Shown here piece after piece: positions 38,570 to 49,589 of a DNA stretch of 64,000 nucleotides. Position numbers and translations under genes: made by a program. The notes under the pieces are model-generated. The model saw only the letters and a list, made by a program, of their open reading frames with translations. It made no database searches and was not told the DNA's origin. This DNA is from Ignavibacteriota bacterium (GTDB lineage Bacteria > Bacteroidota > Ignavibacteria > UBA10030): NCBI GenBank assembly GCA_963701295.1, contig OY969585.1, forward strand, positions 3,552,001 through 3,616,000, read 5' to 3'. Every line of letters starts with the position of its first letter. The first letter of the stretch is position 1.

Positions 38570-38773
38570 ATGGAAAAAGGAACAGTCAAATGGTTTAATG
38601 GAGCCAAAGGTTTTGGTTTCATTTCACGTCCAAGCGGCGAAGATGTATTCGTCCACTTCAAAGCAATTACCAGCAATGGCTACAAGACACTCAATGAGGG
38701 CGACAAAGTAGAGTTTGAAGTTCAGCAAGGACCGAAAGGCCTCCAAGCTGCAAACGTTTCTGTGGTTTCCTAA
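38570..38773 (+). CDS. csp: Cold-shock protein
   Basis: GTVKWFN..KGFGFI; DVFVHF; GPKGLQA. Confidence 0.96.
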   Translation: MEKGTVKWFNGAKGFGFISRPSGEDVFVHFKAITSNGYKTLNEGDKVEFEVQQGPKGLQAANVSVVS

Positions 38774-38790
38774 GAAATCATTCAGCGTTG

Positions 38791-38828
38791 AAAAAAGAAA
38801 CCCCGTCGATGAGATGGGGTTTTTTTTT
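38791..38828. terminator. Bidirectional Rho-independent terminator
   Basis: A-run, AAACCCCGTC-loop-GATGGGGTTT, T-run, between convergent genes. Confidence 0.85.
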
Positions 38829-38865
38829 GAGGTTCTACACTGCTTGAAGTGTATTGTTCAAATTC

Positions 38866-41379
38866 CTATTCTTTCCAATAGAGAAATTCCTTTACACTTG
38901 CAATTTGTGTCGGATCTGCACCGCGGCGGCCGCCAAACACAAAACGGTTCTGCTCATTCTTGTATTTCTCTCGTACACGTTGTGCCTGTGTAATGGATTT
39001 TTGTTTGTCTGGTATTTTTCTGAGAGATTGACTCAAGAGGTCAAACAAATCACTCTTAGAAACTTTCTGCTCAGATTGCTGTGCACCTTTCATACCGAGC
39101 GTTTCCTTGATGCGTCCAAGCCCCAGAATTTCGTACGCTTGTTCCACCGAATCAAACTTTGTTACTGCGACTTGAAACGCTTCCGCTGCGTCCTCTTTTG
39201 AACCGGATAAATATCGTGCGAGACCGAAGTTAAGATACACACCGCCATCGTCTTTATTTAATGCAAGACTCTTTTGATAATGCTCTTGTGCTGTATCAAG
39301 TTCATTCTTCAGCAAATAGATATTGCCAAGTGTATTCTCTGCTTGCCAAGTATTCACACCTGTCAACACAGCAATGGCAGCATCGTAACTTCCCTCTTTT
39401 GCTTGAATAATTGCCGATTTATTTTTTGCACTCGGCGTATTTTCAATTGCAAGGCTTGCAATTGCAGAACTAGAAAGTTGGTTTTGATGATATACATAAT
39501 CTGCAAGATCTTGCAAAGCATAGGTTGCAATTTTTTCTGCCGACGGTGTTGCTACTGTTTTTGCCTGTAATGAAAGGTTTGCCGCAGGAAATGCAGCCAT
39601 TGCTTTCCGTGAATCTATCACTTCGATCTTTTTCCCACTAACGGTGTACTTGTAATACTCTTCCGCACCCTTTGTCCATGCAGCCATAAAAGGCTGGTTG
39701 ATCATCGTTGCTTCCAGCGGAATCCATACTTTTCCTTCATCAACAATGTATTCTTTTTCGTTCTGACTTACCATATACCCATTCTTTGGCAGCACATCCG
39801 TATCAAACATAAGATAGATATGATCTTCGGTTGCAAGAAACTTTGTTTGAACACCAAGATTTTCAAGACATGATGCCATCAGTACAGAAGTTGCACTGCA
39901 GTTTCCTGTTCGCGATGCCAGTGTTTCCACAGGATATGCGACAAGATCGAGTATATCCTGCTCCGACGGCTTCCATGGACTGGAAATATAACTGTATCCA
40001 TTCGCCCGGACTGCACTCCATACCGCGAGTGCATACGCAACATTCCGCGGAAGTTTTGCATTCAAGCTGTCATTATTCATAACACTGCCGACCACATATC
40101 GAGAGAAATTCACTACCGCTTCGTCAGTGGGCGTAACAAATGCACCAACAGACTCGCCGCGTTTCCAGTTGATGGTATTGCGGCTGTAGAGTGTTACTGG
40201 TTTAATAAGACTCCGCGTTTGCGGTTGATTATCAAACAAATAACTCAATTCCACTTTTGCTTGCGCAGCGGCGTCGGCACTGAGCGTAAAGAGCTGCTTT
40301 GCATCGAGTGTAGCTGAGAGATTGAACGATTGCTTCTTTCCTGCATTGATTTGTGATACTATTTGCTCCGATGGTAATTTCATATAATCCGGAATAAAAA
40401 TGGAAACTTTGACATTTCGGATTTCTGTCTTTGCTGAGTTTTCTACTTCAATTTTCGCAAGTGGGTTGTATGCGTAATAATTGACCTGTGACGGAAAAAT
40501 ATTCTCTATCGTGAACTGTGTAATGTCCAACGGACTTGCTATGACCATATTTCCCTTTGCCTTCTCGGCAAAGTCAGGCGTGCTGAGATCGAGGCGGGTT
40601 CCGGTGAAACCGACAACAATGACATCTTGGCGTTTTGTAAATTCATCGCGCAGGTTGTCTATGGTACCGTTGATTGTCGCTTCAAACACTGCTGCGTCTT
40701 TTTCAAAGTACCGCAACTTCATCTGCTCAATTATAATGATTTCGTGCGGCAGATTCCGTTCATATTGAGCGATTGATTTCTGATCAAATCCGATGAATGC
40801 AAGCTGGACAATGCGAGGCCCCGATGCTTCCTCGCTCATCTTTGTGCGAATCTTTACATATACGTCAGTCGCAAGCGCTTCGCCAAGAGTGGTCATGGTG
40901 AGATTCGCTGCTGAATTTGCTCCACCGGCAGATTTTTTTGTTGTCTTTGATGATGCAGCAATAAGTTCGCCCGTATCGGTAATGATTACCTTGCAGCTGC
41001 CCTTTGCTGCGTACTCAATATTTTTGACGCCATAGAACTCTTTCTCTGCTTCGAGATTTCCTTCAGCTTTCCCGACAATGATTAATTCAGCACCATAACG
41101 CATGCCGATCTCCTTTGCGCGAGCAGGATTCCCCTCGGCAATGGCAATATCACGCATCTGAACATTTTCGAACTGCCCTTTATCAACCAGCCGGAAACCT
41201 TTATCGAGAAGTATTTCTTCGATTTTCGATGCAACAAGACGTGCATCGACAGCCATGCCGTCAACTTTTTCATCAAGAATCACCATGATGCGCGGCCACT
41301 CTCTTTTATCCTGTCCTGTGGAAATAACTAATGGAAGGATGAGCATCGCTCCAAGAAATACTGTTCTGATTATTTTCAT
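38866..41379 (-). CDS. Secreted CsgG/FlgT-like + transglutaminase-like + TPR protein
   Basis: Signal peptide; KGFRLVD..GAELIIVG; TGNCSATSVL...DHIYLMFD...WIPLEAT; C-terminal TPRs. Confidence 0.65.
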   Translation of the reverse strand: MKIIRTVFLGAMLILPLVISTGQDKREWPRIMVILDEKVDGMAVDARLVASKIEEILLDKGFRLVDKGQFENVQMRDIAIAEGNPARAKEIGMRYGAELIIVGKAEGNLEAEKEFYGVKNIEYAAKGSCKVIITDTGELIAASSKTTKKSAGGANSAANLTMTTLGEALATDVYVKIRTKMSEEASGPRIVQLAFIGFDQKSIAQYERNLPHEIIIIEQMKLRYFEKDAAVFEATINGTIDNLRDEFTKRQDVIVVGFTGTRLDLSTPDFAEKAKGNMVIASPLDITQFTIENIFPSQVNYYAYNPLAKIEVENSAKTEIRNVKVSIFIPDYMKLPSEQIVSQINAGKKQSFNLSATLDAKQLFTLSADAAAQAKVELSYLFDNQPQTRSLIKPVTLYSRNTINWKRGESVGAFVTPTDEAVVNFSRYVVGSVMNNDSLNAKLPRNVAYALAVWSAVRANGYSYISSPWKPSEQDILDLVAYPVETLASRTGNCSATSVLMASCLENLGVQTKFLATEDHIYLMFDTDVLPKNGYMVSQNEKEYIVDEGKVWIPLEATMINQPFMAAWTKGAEEYYKYTVSGKKIEVIDSRKAMAAFPAANLSLQAKTVATPSAEKIATYALQDLADYVYHQNQLSSSAIASLAIENTPSAKNKSAIIQAKEGSYDAAIAVLTGVNTWQAENTLGNIYLLKNELDTAQEHYQKSLALNKDDGGVYLNFGLARYLSGSKEDAAEAFQVAVTKFDSVEQAYEILGLGRIKETLGMKGAQQSEQKVSKSDLFDLLSQSLRKIPDKQKSITQAQRVREKYKNEQNRFVFGGRRGADPTQIASVKEFLYWKE

Positions 41380-41462
41380 TACTATTTCTCCTCTTTTTTT
41401 AACATCCCCTCTATCCCCACCTCTATAAGAGAACAGGATGTGATTCTTCTTTTACCTTATTT

Positions 41463-44400
41463 TTATTTTATGAGTACCATTTTCTTAATATCCTGGAACG
41501 TTTTGCTGCCATTTGTTATTGAGAGTTGATAGAAGTATATACCGGAACTTTGTCGCACTGCATCCCATTTCACCTCGTAATATCCGGATGGTTTCCGCCC
41601 GTTCACAAGTGTTATGATTTCCTGTCCGAGCACATTGAAGATCTTCAGCGTTACAGTATACGATGCAGATGCATCAGGCACGGTGTACCGAATTACTGTT
41701 TCGGGGTTGAATGGATTCGGATAATTAGCATAGAGTTTCATGCTTGATGGTGTCAATGCTATTCCGGCATTATTTCCTTCCACAAATGATTTTTTGCCGA
41801 CAACCACACGGAAATTCCGCATACCATTACCGGAATTGATTTCCAGCGATTGAACCTCTTTGAGGTTATACGCCATCTTCTGATCGATGTCGATAAGGTA
41901 CGCTTCAAATACCGGATTGGGTAGACTGAGATGATCACCTAAAGTTAATTTTACATTCGCTCCTGCATCACCCGTTACGACGCACATTTCCCACACGCCG
42001 CCTTCATCATTCAACGGACGTATATCACGCATCATTGCACCATCGGCATTCCTGAAATAAACAGCAACATTCTTGTCACCAACAATCGGTGGAATGTATG
42101 AATCATACGGATCATCACCTTCATTAGCCCCTTGTGCCATACCAAGAGAACTCCCTTCACAGCGCATATCAATATCAGGACGATATGCATTTATCGCAAG
42201 CGTCCAATTCTCAGCAGTCTCTTTTTCAACTGGTGGAAGAGAGGATACATGGCTCGTCTTCGGCAATCCGCTGCGCTGACCCGCCGAAGGAAATTTTAGC
42301 GTTCCTGCACTGTTGACATACACTGCTATGCCTGACCACGGTTGTATTTGATTAACAGACACAGAAGATGTATCCCAGCCGCCAATGGAGCCGGCGCCAG
42401 TGAAATACGCACGCTGACGTATAGGCTGAGGCGCGGATGAGACGGTGGTATAAAATTCGAGACTATCAATCGGATATGGGATAGTGAATGGATTCCCAAC
42501 AAGATTCCATCCACTTTGCAGTGAAATACCAGTATTATACATAACATCCGATCGGACAACACTTGCCCCCTTAACAATAATAGACGGACCTTGATCCCTG
42601 ACAATAAAGAAAAATGCCGCACCCGGGGTAACCACATCTTCAGTACTGAACTGATCATAATCCTGATATTGTCCGTTGACGTACCGCTGGAAGCGCCATC
42701 GAGCATAGGAGATATTATTTTCCGAATGATTTCCAAAATTGCTTAAGAGGTCCACTGGTTTTTTATCCGGCAGATCATACGGTACCGAGATCATTCGATA
42801 GGCAAGTGTTTTATTTTTACTCTGCTGGGAGGCTGCAGGCATACTATTTGACTGGTCGGTGGCCTGCGGCCCTAATTGGACATCGATGGAATTATATGGA
42901 GACCATGCCACATTTCCCGCATTATCCCAGGCACCAATGCGGTAGTTCACGCCGATAGGTTCATTGCTATAGACAAATTCATTTTGGGGAATCGAAAAAC
43001 TGATTGAAGCAGCAGACACGTACTGCGAGTACAGACCAACTCTGTTCTGATGTATTCCGATAAGCAACTCGCATACGCGAAATTCCCGATCCTGCATCGG
43101 ATGCTGAAGCACTCACTTGCGGCGATGAACTGACCTGTCCATTAGCACTTACAATTACCGGTGTACCGGTAGGAGTATTGACACTAATAATCGGCGGTGT
43201 GTTATCTACTACTGCACTTGGTGTTGCATTCACCTCATTACTAAACCCACTTTCCAATCCCGCACTATCTATTGCTGTGATACGGAAGTAATATATTGTT
43301 CCGTTGGTAAGCCCTGAAATAGTCTTTGTTGTATCGGAGGAACCTCCAATAGTTGAATCAATTTTTATCGTGGGATTCGATGAAGTGCCACCGTAAATGC
43401 GATAGCGGAGAAAATCGGATTCAGTGTTTCTATTCCATGTCAATTTCACTTGACTATTGCCGACGGTAGCGGTAAGATTCGATGGAGCGGCAGGAGGTGT
43501 ATTTGGATTCCATCCACCTTCGTGATACAAATCGGCAATCTCTGCATCACTCAATGCGCGATTATAGATGCGAATACCATCGATTGCTCCTGACCACACT
43601 CCGTTGACTGGAGTGGTGTTAGAAAAAGAACCGATTGTCATTTTTCCTCCAGACTCAATACTTCCAGCGGTGCCTCCAGCATCTACAGAGTTAGAGAGCT
43701 GGTTATCAAGGTAGACTTTCCAAATGTTACCTGATCGTTGCCCTACAATGAAGTGCCATTGATTATCTGCAAAAGCAGCTGATGAATTACTCCTTAGTGT
43801 AAACGTGCCACCACGACCATCTCGCCCTTCCATCATTGCCCCTCCATCTGTATATGTATCGAGCAACCATCCATGGTCATTTTGTGTTCCGCTATAGTAT
43901 TTCTCAATGATACCTTTGGTGAATTGTGGAGTCGAAGTCTTCACCCAAGCGCAAACCGTAATATCACCAGTTATTTTAAGCGAAGAACTATTTGGAACAG
44001 AAATATAACTTGAAGAGCCATCGAAGCTATAGGCTCCATCAGCACTTCCTAATCTACCTGTTGTCAGTGTGGCCCCGTAATTCGTACCATTATTACCATT
44101 ACCACTTTCATCATTCGCATTACCATTAAATGGATAGAACGCCACAAGACCGTTCGCAAGTGTGGAAGATGGCATCGCATTCACTTCATTTGAGAATCCG
44201 CTCTCAGCACCAGTATTATTTACAGCTGTTATGCGGAAATAGTATATCGTACCATTCGTAAGGCCGGAGATTACTCTTACTGTATCTGTGATCCCGCCGG
44301 ATGTGGAATCAATTTTTTTTGTTGGATTTGATGATATTCCGCTATAGATACGATAGAGGAGAAAATCGGATTCGGTGTTTTTGTTCCACGTGAGCGTGAC

Positions 44401-47025
44401 TTGACCATTGCCGGCAGTCGCGGTAAGATTTTGTGGAGCAGCTGGAGCGGAATATCCCATCCATCCGCTCGAAAATGATTTGGCATAGATATCATATCCC
44501 TTAGAACGGCGATTATCCTGCCATGTACATACAAGATTTTGGCCAGAGGCAGCAAGCCGAGGTACCATTTCTAAATGATTTACACCGTCATGGACAATAA
44601 GAACATTACCACCATTGGCAATTCCACTTGCTGAATACCATTGTCCAATAATATCAGGTTGTCCGTTTCGGTAATCTTGCCATGCAACAAGAAAATTACT
44701 ATTTCCATCGAACACCACGGAAGGCCAATATCGCTCTGATGTTCCCCCATTATCATTGACTTTTGTGTTTATACCGACAGGATTCCCGCTTGCATCGAAT
44801 CGTTGTAGATAAATATCATCGCCGTTCCGATAATCTTCCCAAACGATAACACTTGCGCCGCTGCTTGTTACAGCAATAGTTGGAGAATATTGCTCCGAGG
44901 GCACATTATCTCCTATTCGAATATTCGCTCCATTCGTGCCTCCGCTGGCATAATATCGTTGGACATAGATATGGTTACTACCATCTCTGTTGTCATACCA
45001 TGTTACAATAATATTGCCGCCGCCATCAACTCCAACCGAAGGTTGATTATGGACATACGTATATGCAGCATCATCGTTAACCCTTGTATTTGAACCTACC
45101 GGTGTACCGCTTGAATTGTAGCGCTGCATATAAATATCATAATTACTGCCATTCCGATCATCTTCCCACACAACAACACTATTGCCGCTGCCGTCCATCG
45201 CCGCTGTAAGACAGTTATCGTAAGGACTTGCTGAGGTTGAGACATCATTTACTTTTACATTCGAACCAATTGCTGAACCGCTCGTATTGTAGTATTGAAG
45301 GTACACATCATAATACCCATTACGACTATCTTTCCATACAACAACACCGTTGCCGCTCGTGTTCACGGCTACAAACGGAAAATAGTGATATGCCCCGATA
45401 TTATCATCGTTGACTTTGATATTTGATCCAAGAACAGCACCGCTTGCGTTTAGATGTTGCATATAGATATCATAATTTCCATTGCGCTGATCTTCCCACA
45501 CGATAATACTATTATTATTGCCATCCATACCTACAGAGGGTGCCCATTGAGATGCATCGTTCACATCGCTATTCACTTTAACATTGCTCCCTAAAAAAGC
45601 TCCACTTGTATTTATGCGCTGGTGATAAATATTCTCTCCGTCGCTAATTCGATAATCCTCCCATGAGATAACGCCAACGCCGGTACTATTAATAGAAACC
45701 CAGGGATAGTATTGATTCGCAGCTACGGCATTACTATTGACTTTGACATTCGAGCCCTGTGCTACTCCGCTGGCATTATACCGTTGAAGATAAATATCGA
45801 TATCTGTGTTACGGTAATCATACCAAGTGATGATGCTATTACCTGTGAGATCGATACCAACTGTCGGATAGTATTGAGATGCTGTTCCTGCATCATCATT
45901 CACCATTACATTACTGCCCTGGGCTGTGCCAGAAGCAGAATACCTCTGCATATAAATATCTCTATTCCCATTTCGTAAATCGTGCCAAGTTATAATCTCT
46001 GCACCACTATTGTTTATTGCGATTGTCGGAGCAGCTTGATCAGTTGTTCCTCCATCGTCGTTCACTTCGATATTCACACCAAGTGAAGCGCCAGTGCCAT
46101 CGTACCGCTGAAGATAGATATCATAATTTCCATTTCGATAATCCTGCCATACAATTACACTATTGCCACTGCCATCGACTCCAATTGCCGGTCTGAAATG
46201 ATACGTTGTGCCACTGGCATCGTCATTCACCTGAATATTTACTCCTTGTGCAACTCCACTTGAATTGAACCGTTGAAGGTAGAGATCAAAGTACCCATTC
46301 GTCACTTTCACCCAAACAACAATAGTATTCCCATTGCCATCTACAGCAACTGCGACCGAATGGATAGCAGAATAAACCGTTCCCGTGTTATCATTCACTT
46401 GAATATTTGTACCATTTCGTGTACCGCTTGCATCGAACCACTGAAGATAGATATCTGATGAACCGCTCCGTTCATCTACCCATGCTACAGCAGTCTTGCC
46501 TGTACTATTAGAAGCTATAGCTGGATAGTAATGATCGATACCTTGACCGTCGTCGTTAACCCTAATATTTGTACCAACTATCGTACCAGATGAATTATAC
46601 TGTTGAAGATAGATATCACTATTTCCAGTCCTATAATCTTCCCATACGACAGTATAATTACCGCTTCCATCCATGGCACAACCTGAATTTTCGTGCAGGC
46701 AAACTCCCGAAGCATCATCATTCACTAATTGATCATCCCATAGAATTGTGGAAACAGCTAAGGATGATAATTTGTTATTCACGTTTTTATTGAGATTCGT
46801 AACATTGAGGAGATGGGCCTTTGAGGTTTTTACAAGATGTTGTTCATGTGTTCTTTTCGGGAGAATAAGGTCGTCTTTTAGTAATCTATTAGGAATTCCT
46901 TGTGCATAGGCGATGAATGGCATGAGTATGCATAAAAAGATAATTACCTTTATACGCATATGATGTAAAATTGAAAGAGTATTTATATCGTCTCTGTTTA
47001 ATAAATTTATTATAATCTGTAGCAT
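41463..47025 (-). pseudogene. Large secreted repeat/Fn3/LamG protein with T9SS-type C-terminus, split by a 1-bp frameshift near 43030
   Basis: ORFs 42979-47025 (VWEDYRNG..DIY repeats, Fn3, LamG) and 41463-43112 (ANYPNPFNP C-terminus) overlap and join at ...EQSW|YSQYV... Confidence 0.7.
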
Positions 47026-47265
47026 TACATTACTCCTTCTAACGAAGTGTTAGATTCCCGATATCCCTTGTTCCACACTTAAAAGAATATTGCGAGAATC
47101 CTTCTATTATTTTCTACACATGAATAAAAGTATGTCTATTGTCTCGGTCATTATTAAATTCTTTATCGTGTACGTCACGATGACGTTCAAATTTCATTTG
47201 TCTTTGGTACACCCGTAAAGATTTATTATGCAGTTGACCAAGAGCAATTTTTCAGAGTTCTATGT

Positions 47266-47967
47266 CTACGGGAAACCTGGAGCACCTGGCAATTGCTGTG
47301 TCTGTGACGAGCTGCTGCTGTTTTCTTTCTTTTGCGATAATAAAACGGCCGCTACACCGCCTGCAACAGCTACCCCTCCAAGTGTATACCATATCCACGA
47401 AGAGGAACCACCCGTTGTACCGGTCGACACTTTTACATCTTTGCCGGTTAATCCCTTCGCCATCTCGGCAGCTAATTCAGGAATTATATCTGTCAACAAA
47501 TCTTCAATAGCGCCTTCATGGCGGCGGCTTTTGTTTTGTTCAATCTGAGCTGTGGCAATATCGATCACTTGTATATTGATTGTATAGATTTTTCCAACCT
47601 TTCCGATCGTTCCGGCAAACATTTTTTCCACTTTCAAGATTTTACCGACTTCCACAATACATTCTACCTGTGAGCATGCTTCCGATTGTTGAAATCCCTG
47701 CTCTTGAAGAATAGATTTGATCCGGTTGCGGTCAACGACAATAAATTCTCCTGTTTCAATAATTTGTCCTTGGAAGGCATCGGATAGCGATGCTGCATCT
47801 TCCTTTGACACGCCGCCGCGTGCCTCAAATTCGAGTACGGCGATATTGAGCTTCTTCTTCTGAAGTTTATTGTCTTGACTCACTGCGGCAGGAGCCACAA
47901 TCGAAATTAAAAAAATAAGTAAAACGAAACGGATAAGAGAAGGATGTAGGAATATACGTAAACACAT
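47266..47967 (-). CDS. CsgG/HfaB-like protein with C-terminal hydrophobic segment
   Basis: IAVLEF; FIVVDRNRIKSILQEQ; CIVEVGKIL; GTIGKVG. Confidence 0.75.
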   Translation of the reverse strand: MCLRIFLHPSLIRFVLLIFLISIVAPAAVSQDNKLQKKKLNIAVLEFEARGGVSKEDAASLSDAFQGQIIETGEFIVVDRNRIKSILQEQGFQQSEACSQVECIVEVGKILKVEKMFAGTIGKVGKIYTINIQVIDIATAQIEQNKSRRHEGAIEDLLTDIIPELAAEMAKGLTGKDVKVSTGTTGGSSSWIWYTLGGVAVAGGVAAVLLSQKKENSSSSSQTQQLPGAPGFP

Positions 47968-48070
47968 GTGAACCTCCTGCATTAAAATATTTTAAATTCC
48001 GCTGATTTTTCGCATCCGGCAGGTATATCAGCATCATATTCATACTACAGCTCAAAAAAACTACAAACAG

Positions 48071-48571
48071 TCATTTCTTCAGCGTGCTATCAAGACTCTT
48101 TATAAATTCCTGAACTAATTTCGGCAAGAACTTTTCACCAATATTTTCCAGATTGTCATCATACGTCCATACATGAGCATACTCTACGCGTGAAGTTTCC
48201 ACATCGATCATTTTTAGATTTACAATGTATTTTTCTCCCAACATACCGATGGAACCTGAGAACATTTTTCGTACAGAAAGTATTTTCCCGGCTTTCACCG
48301 CATCTTCCCCGTCTTGAGTTGCTTGGAATCCTTGTTCTTGCAACACAGCGTTCAATTTATTCCGTTCGACTATAGTGAATCGTCCAGTATTCTGCAACGC
48401 GGATGAGAACATATCTGTTACACTCTCAGCTTCGCCTGCTTTCATACCGGCTCGTGATTCGAGTGAAAGAATACTGCAAAGAATAGGTGGCGAAGGTGGG
48501 ATTTTACCTGTTGAACTGCAGCCAATGAGAAGAATAATACTACTTACGCAACAGAAAATCCTTTGCCACAT
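48071..48571 (-). CDS. CsgG/HfaB-like lipoprotein
   Basis: Lipobox LIGC; FTIVERNKL..VLQEQ; paralogue of the neighbouring gene. Confidence 0.75.
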   Translation of the reverse strand: MWQRIFCCVSSIILLIGCSSTGKIPPSPPILCSILSLESRAGMKAGEAESVTDMFSSALQNTGRFTIVERNKLNAVLQEQGFQATQDGEDAVKAGKILSVRKMFSGSIGMLGEKYIVNLKMIDVETSRVEYAHVWTYDDNLENIGEKFLPKLVQEFIKSLDSTLKK

Positions 48572-48820
48572 CAGACACCTCTTAGTCGATAGAGTTCTAT
48601 GGATTTCGGATTTTAGTATATCTCTAAAATCTAAAGCTTCAAATATCAAACAATGTCCAAATTCCGAATGTACAATGATTGATAAAATGGGTTCTGTGTG
48701 TTTTGTTTTTTATCGTTGAAATTCTCCCGCTTTTCAGGATCCCGTACAGCGGGATTTGCTATTTGTAATTTGAGGTTTTAGATATTCCATAAGCAGGAAC
48801 ATGCAAACACTTTTTGCTGG

Positions 48821-49416
48821 CTACTTCTTCACAGATTCTTCTTCTTTCAGGAGCTCCTTTATTAATTTTTCTAGTTCAATTTGAAAATTCTCATGGTAGC
48901 CACGGTTGATTCTACGCACAATCCCAAATCTATCAATTACCACCAAGACCGGTAGCCCATGGATGGAATATAGACTTGCATATCTGCCCGATGGATCAAC
49001 TAAACATGGTAATATATAGCCGCGATTCTTGTACGCATCGCGTACTGAGTCTTCTGTCGATTCAGCTTTCTCCATGGTATTGACAAGAAAGAATTTCACA
49101 TTTTGATCTTTATAATCAGCTGCAAGTTTTGTAAGAATTGGGATCTCATTCTTACAGGGCTGACACCATGTTGCCCAGAAACTTAAAACGACTACTTGCC
49201 GTTCTTTTTTTTCCACGGCTCTCGCAATGTCTTTCCTGTAAAATCACGAAGAAAGACACCTGTATTTGTTATGAGATTGCGCATCACAAACTGGGGCGCA
49301 TCATCTCCAATATTTAATGTATCAGATTTGAAAATCAAGTTCGCTTCGGCATTGTTCCCCGTTGGGAAAACAAGCATCGAAAAGAAAAGAATGGCAAAAA
49401 ACTTGAATAGGTTCAT
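48821..49416 (-). pseudogene. TlpA-like thiol-disulfide redoxin split by a homopolymer frameshift
   Basis: Signal + GDDAPQF in ORF 49192-49416; FWATWCQPC in ORF 48821-49216; junction in T8 at 49205-49212. Confidence 0.8.
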
Positions 49417-49589
49417 ATGTTTTCCAGTATGAATGGGATAGCTACAAAATCATAACAAGAATTTACACCTTTGTCAATATCAACGCCACAATATTTATAC
49501 CGAACGATAAGGTATCCTTGCATTTTGCGTGCCTCCTTGTTAGATTAGCACCAGTTTTGCCGTCTGTTCTTTACTTCACCACACCAAGG

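Noticed and set aside
44500-46750. Repeats as a diversity-generating retroelement
   Set aside because: They are degenerate protein-level repeats with no adenine-specific TR/VR pair, and there is no reverse transcriptase
48572-48649. Longer N-terminus of the CsgG-like lipoprotein
   Set aside because: It derives from an intergenic palindromic repeat; RBS and lipobox support ATG 48571
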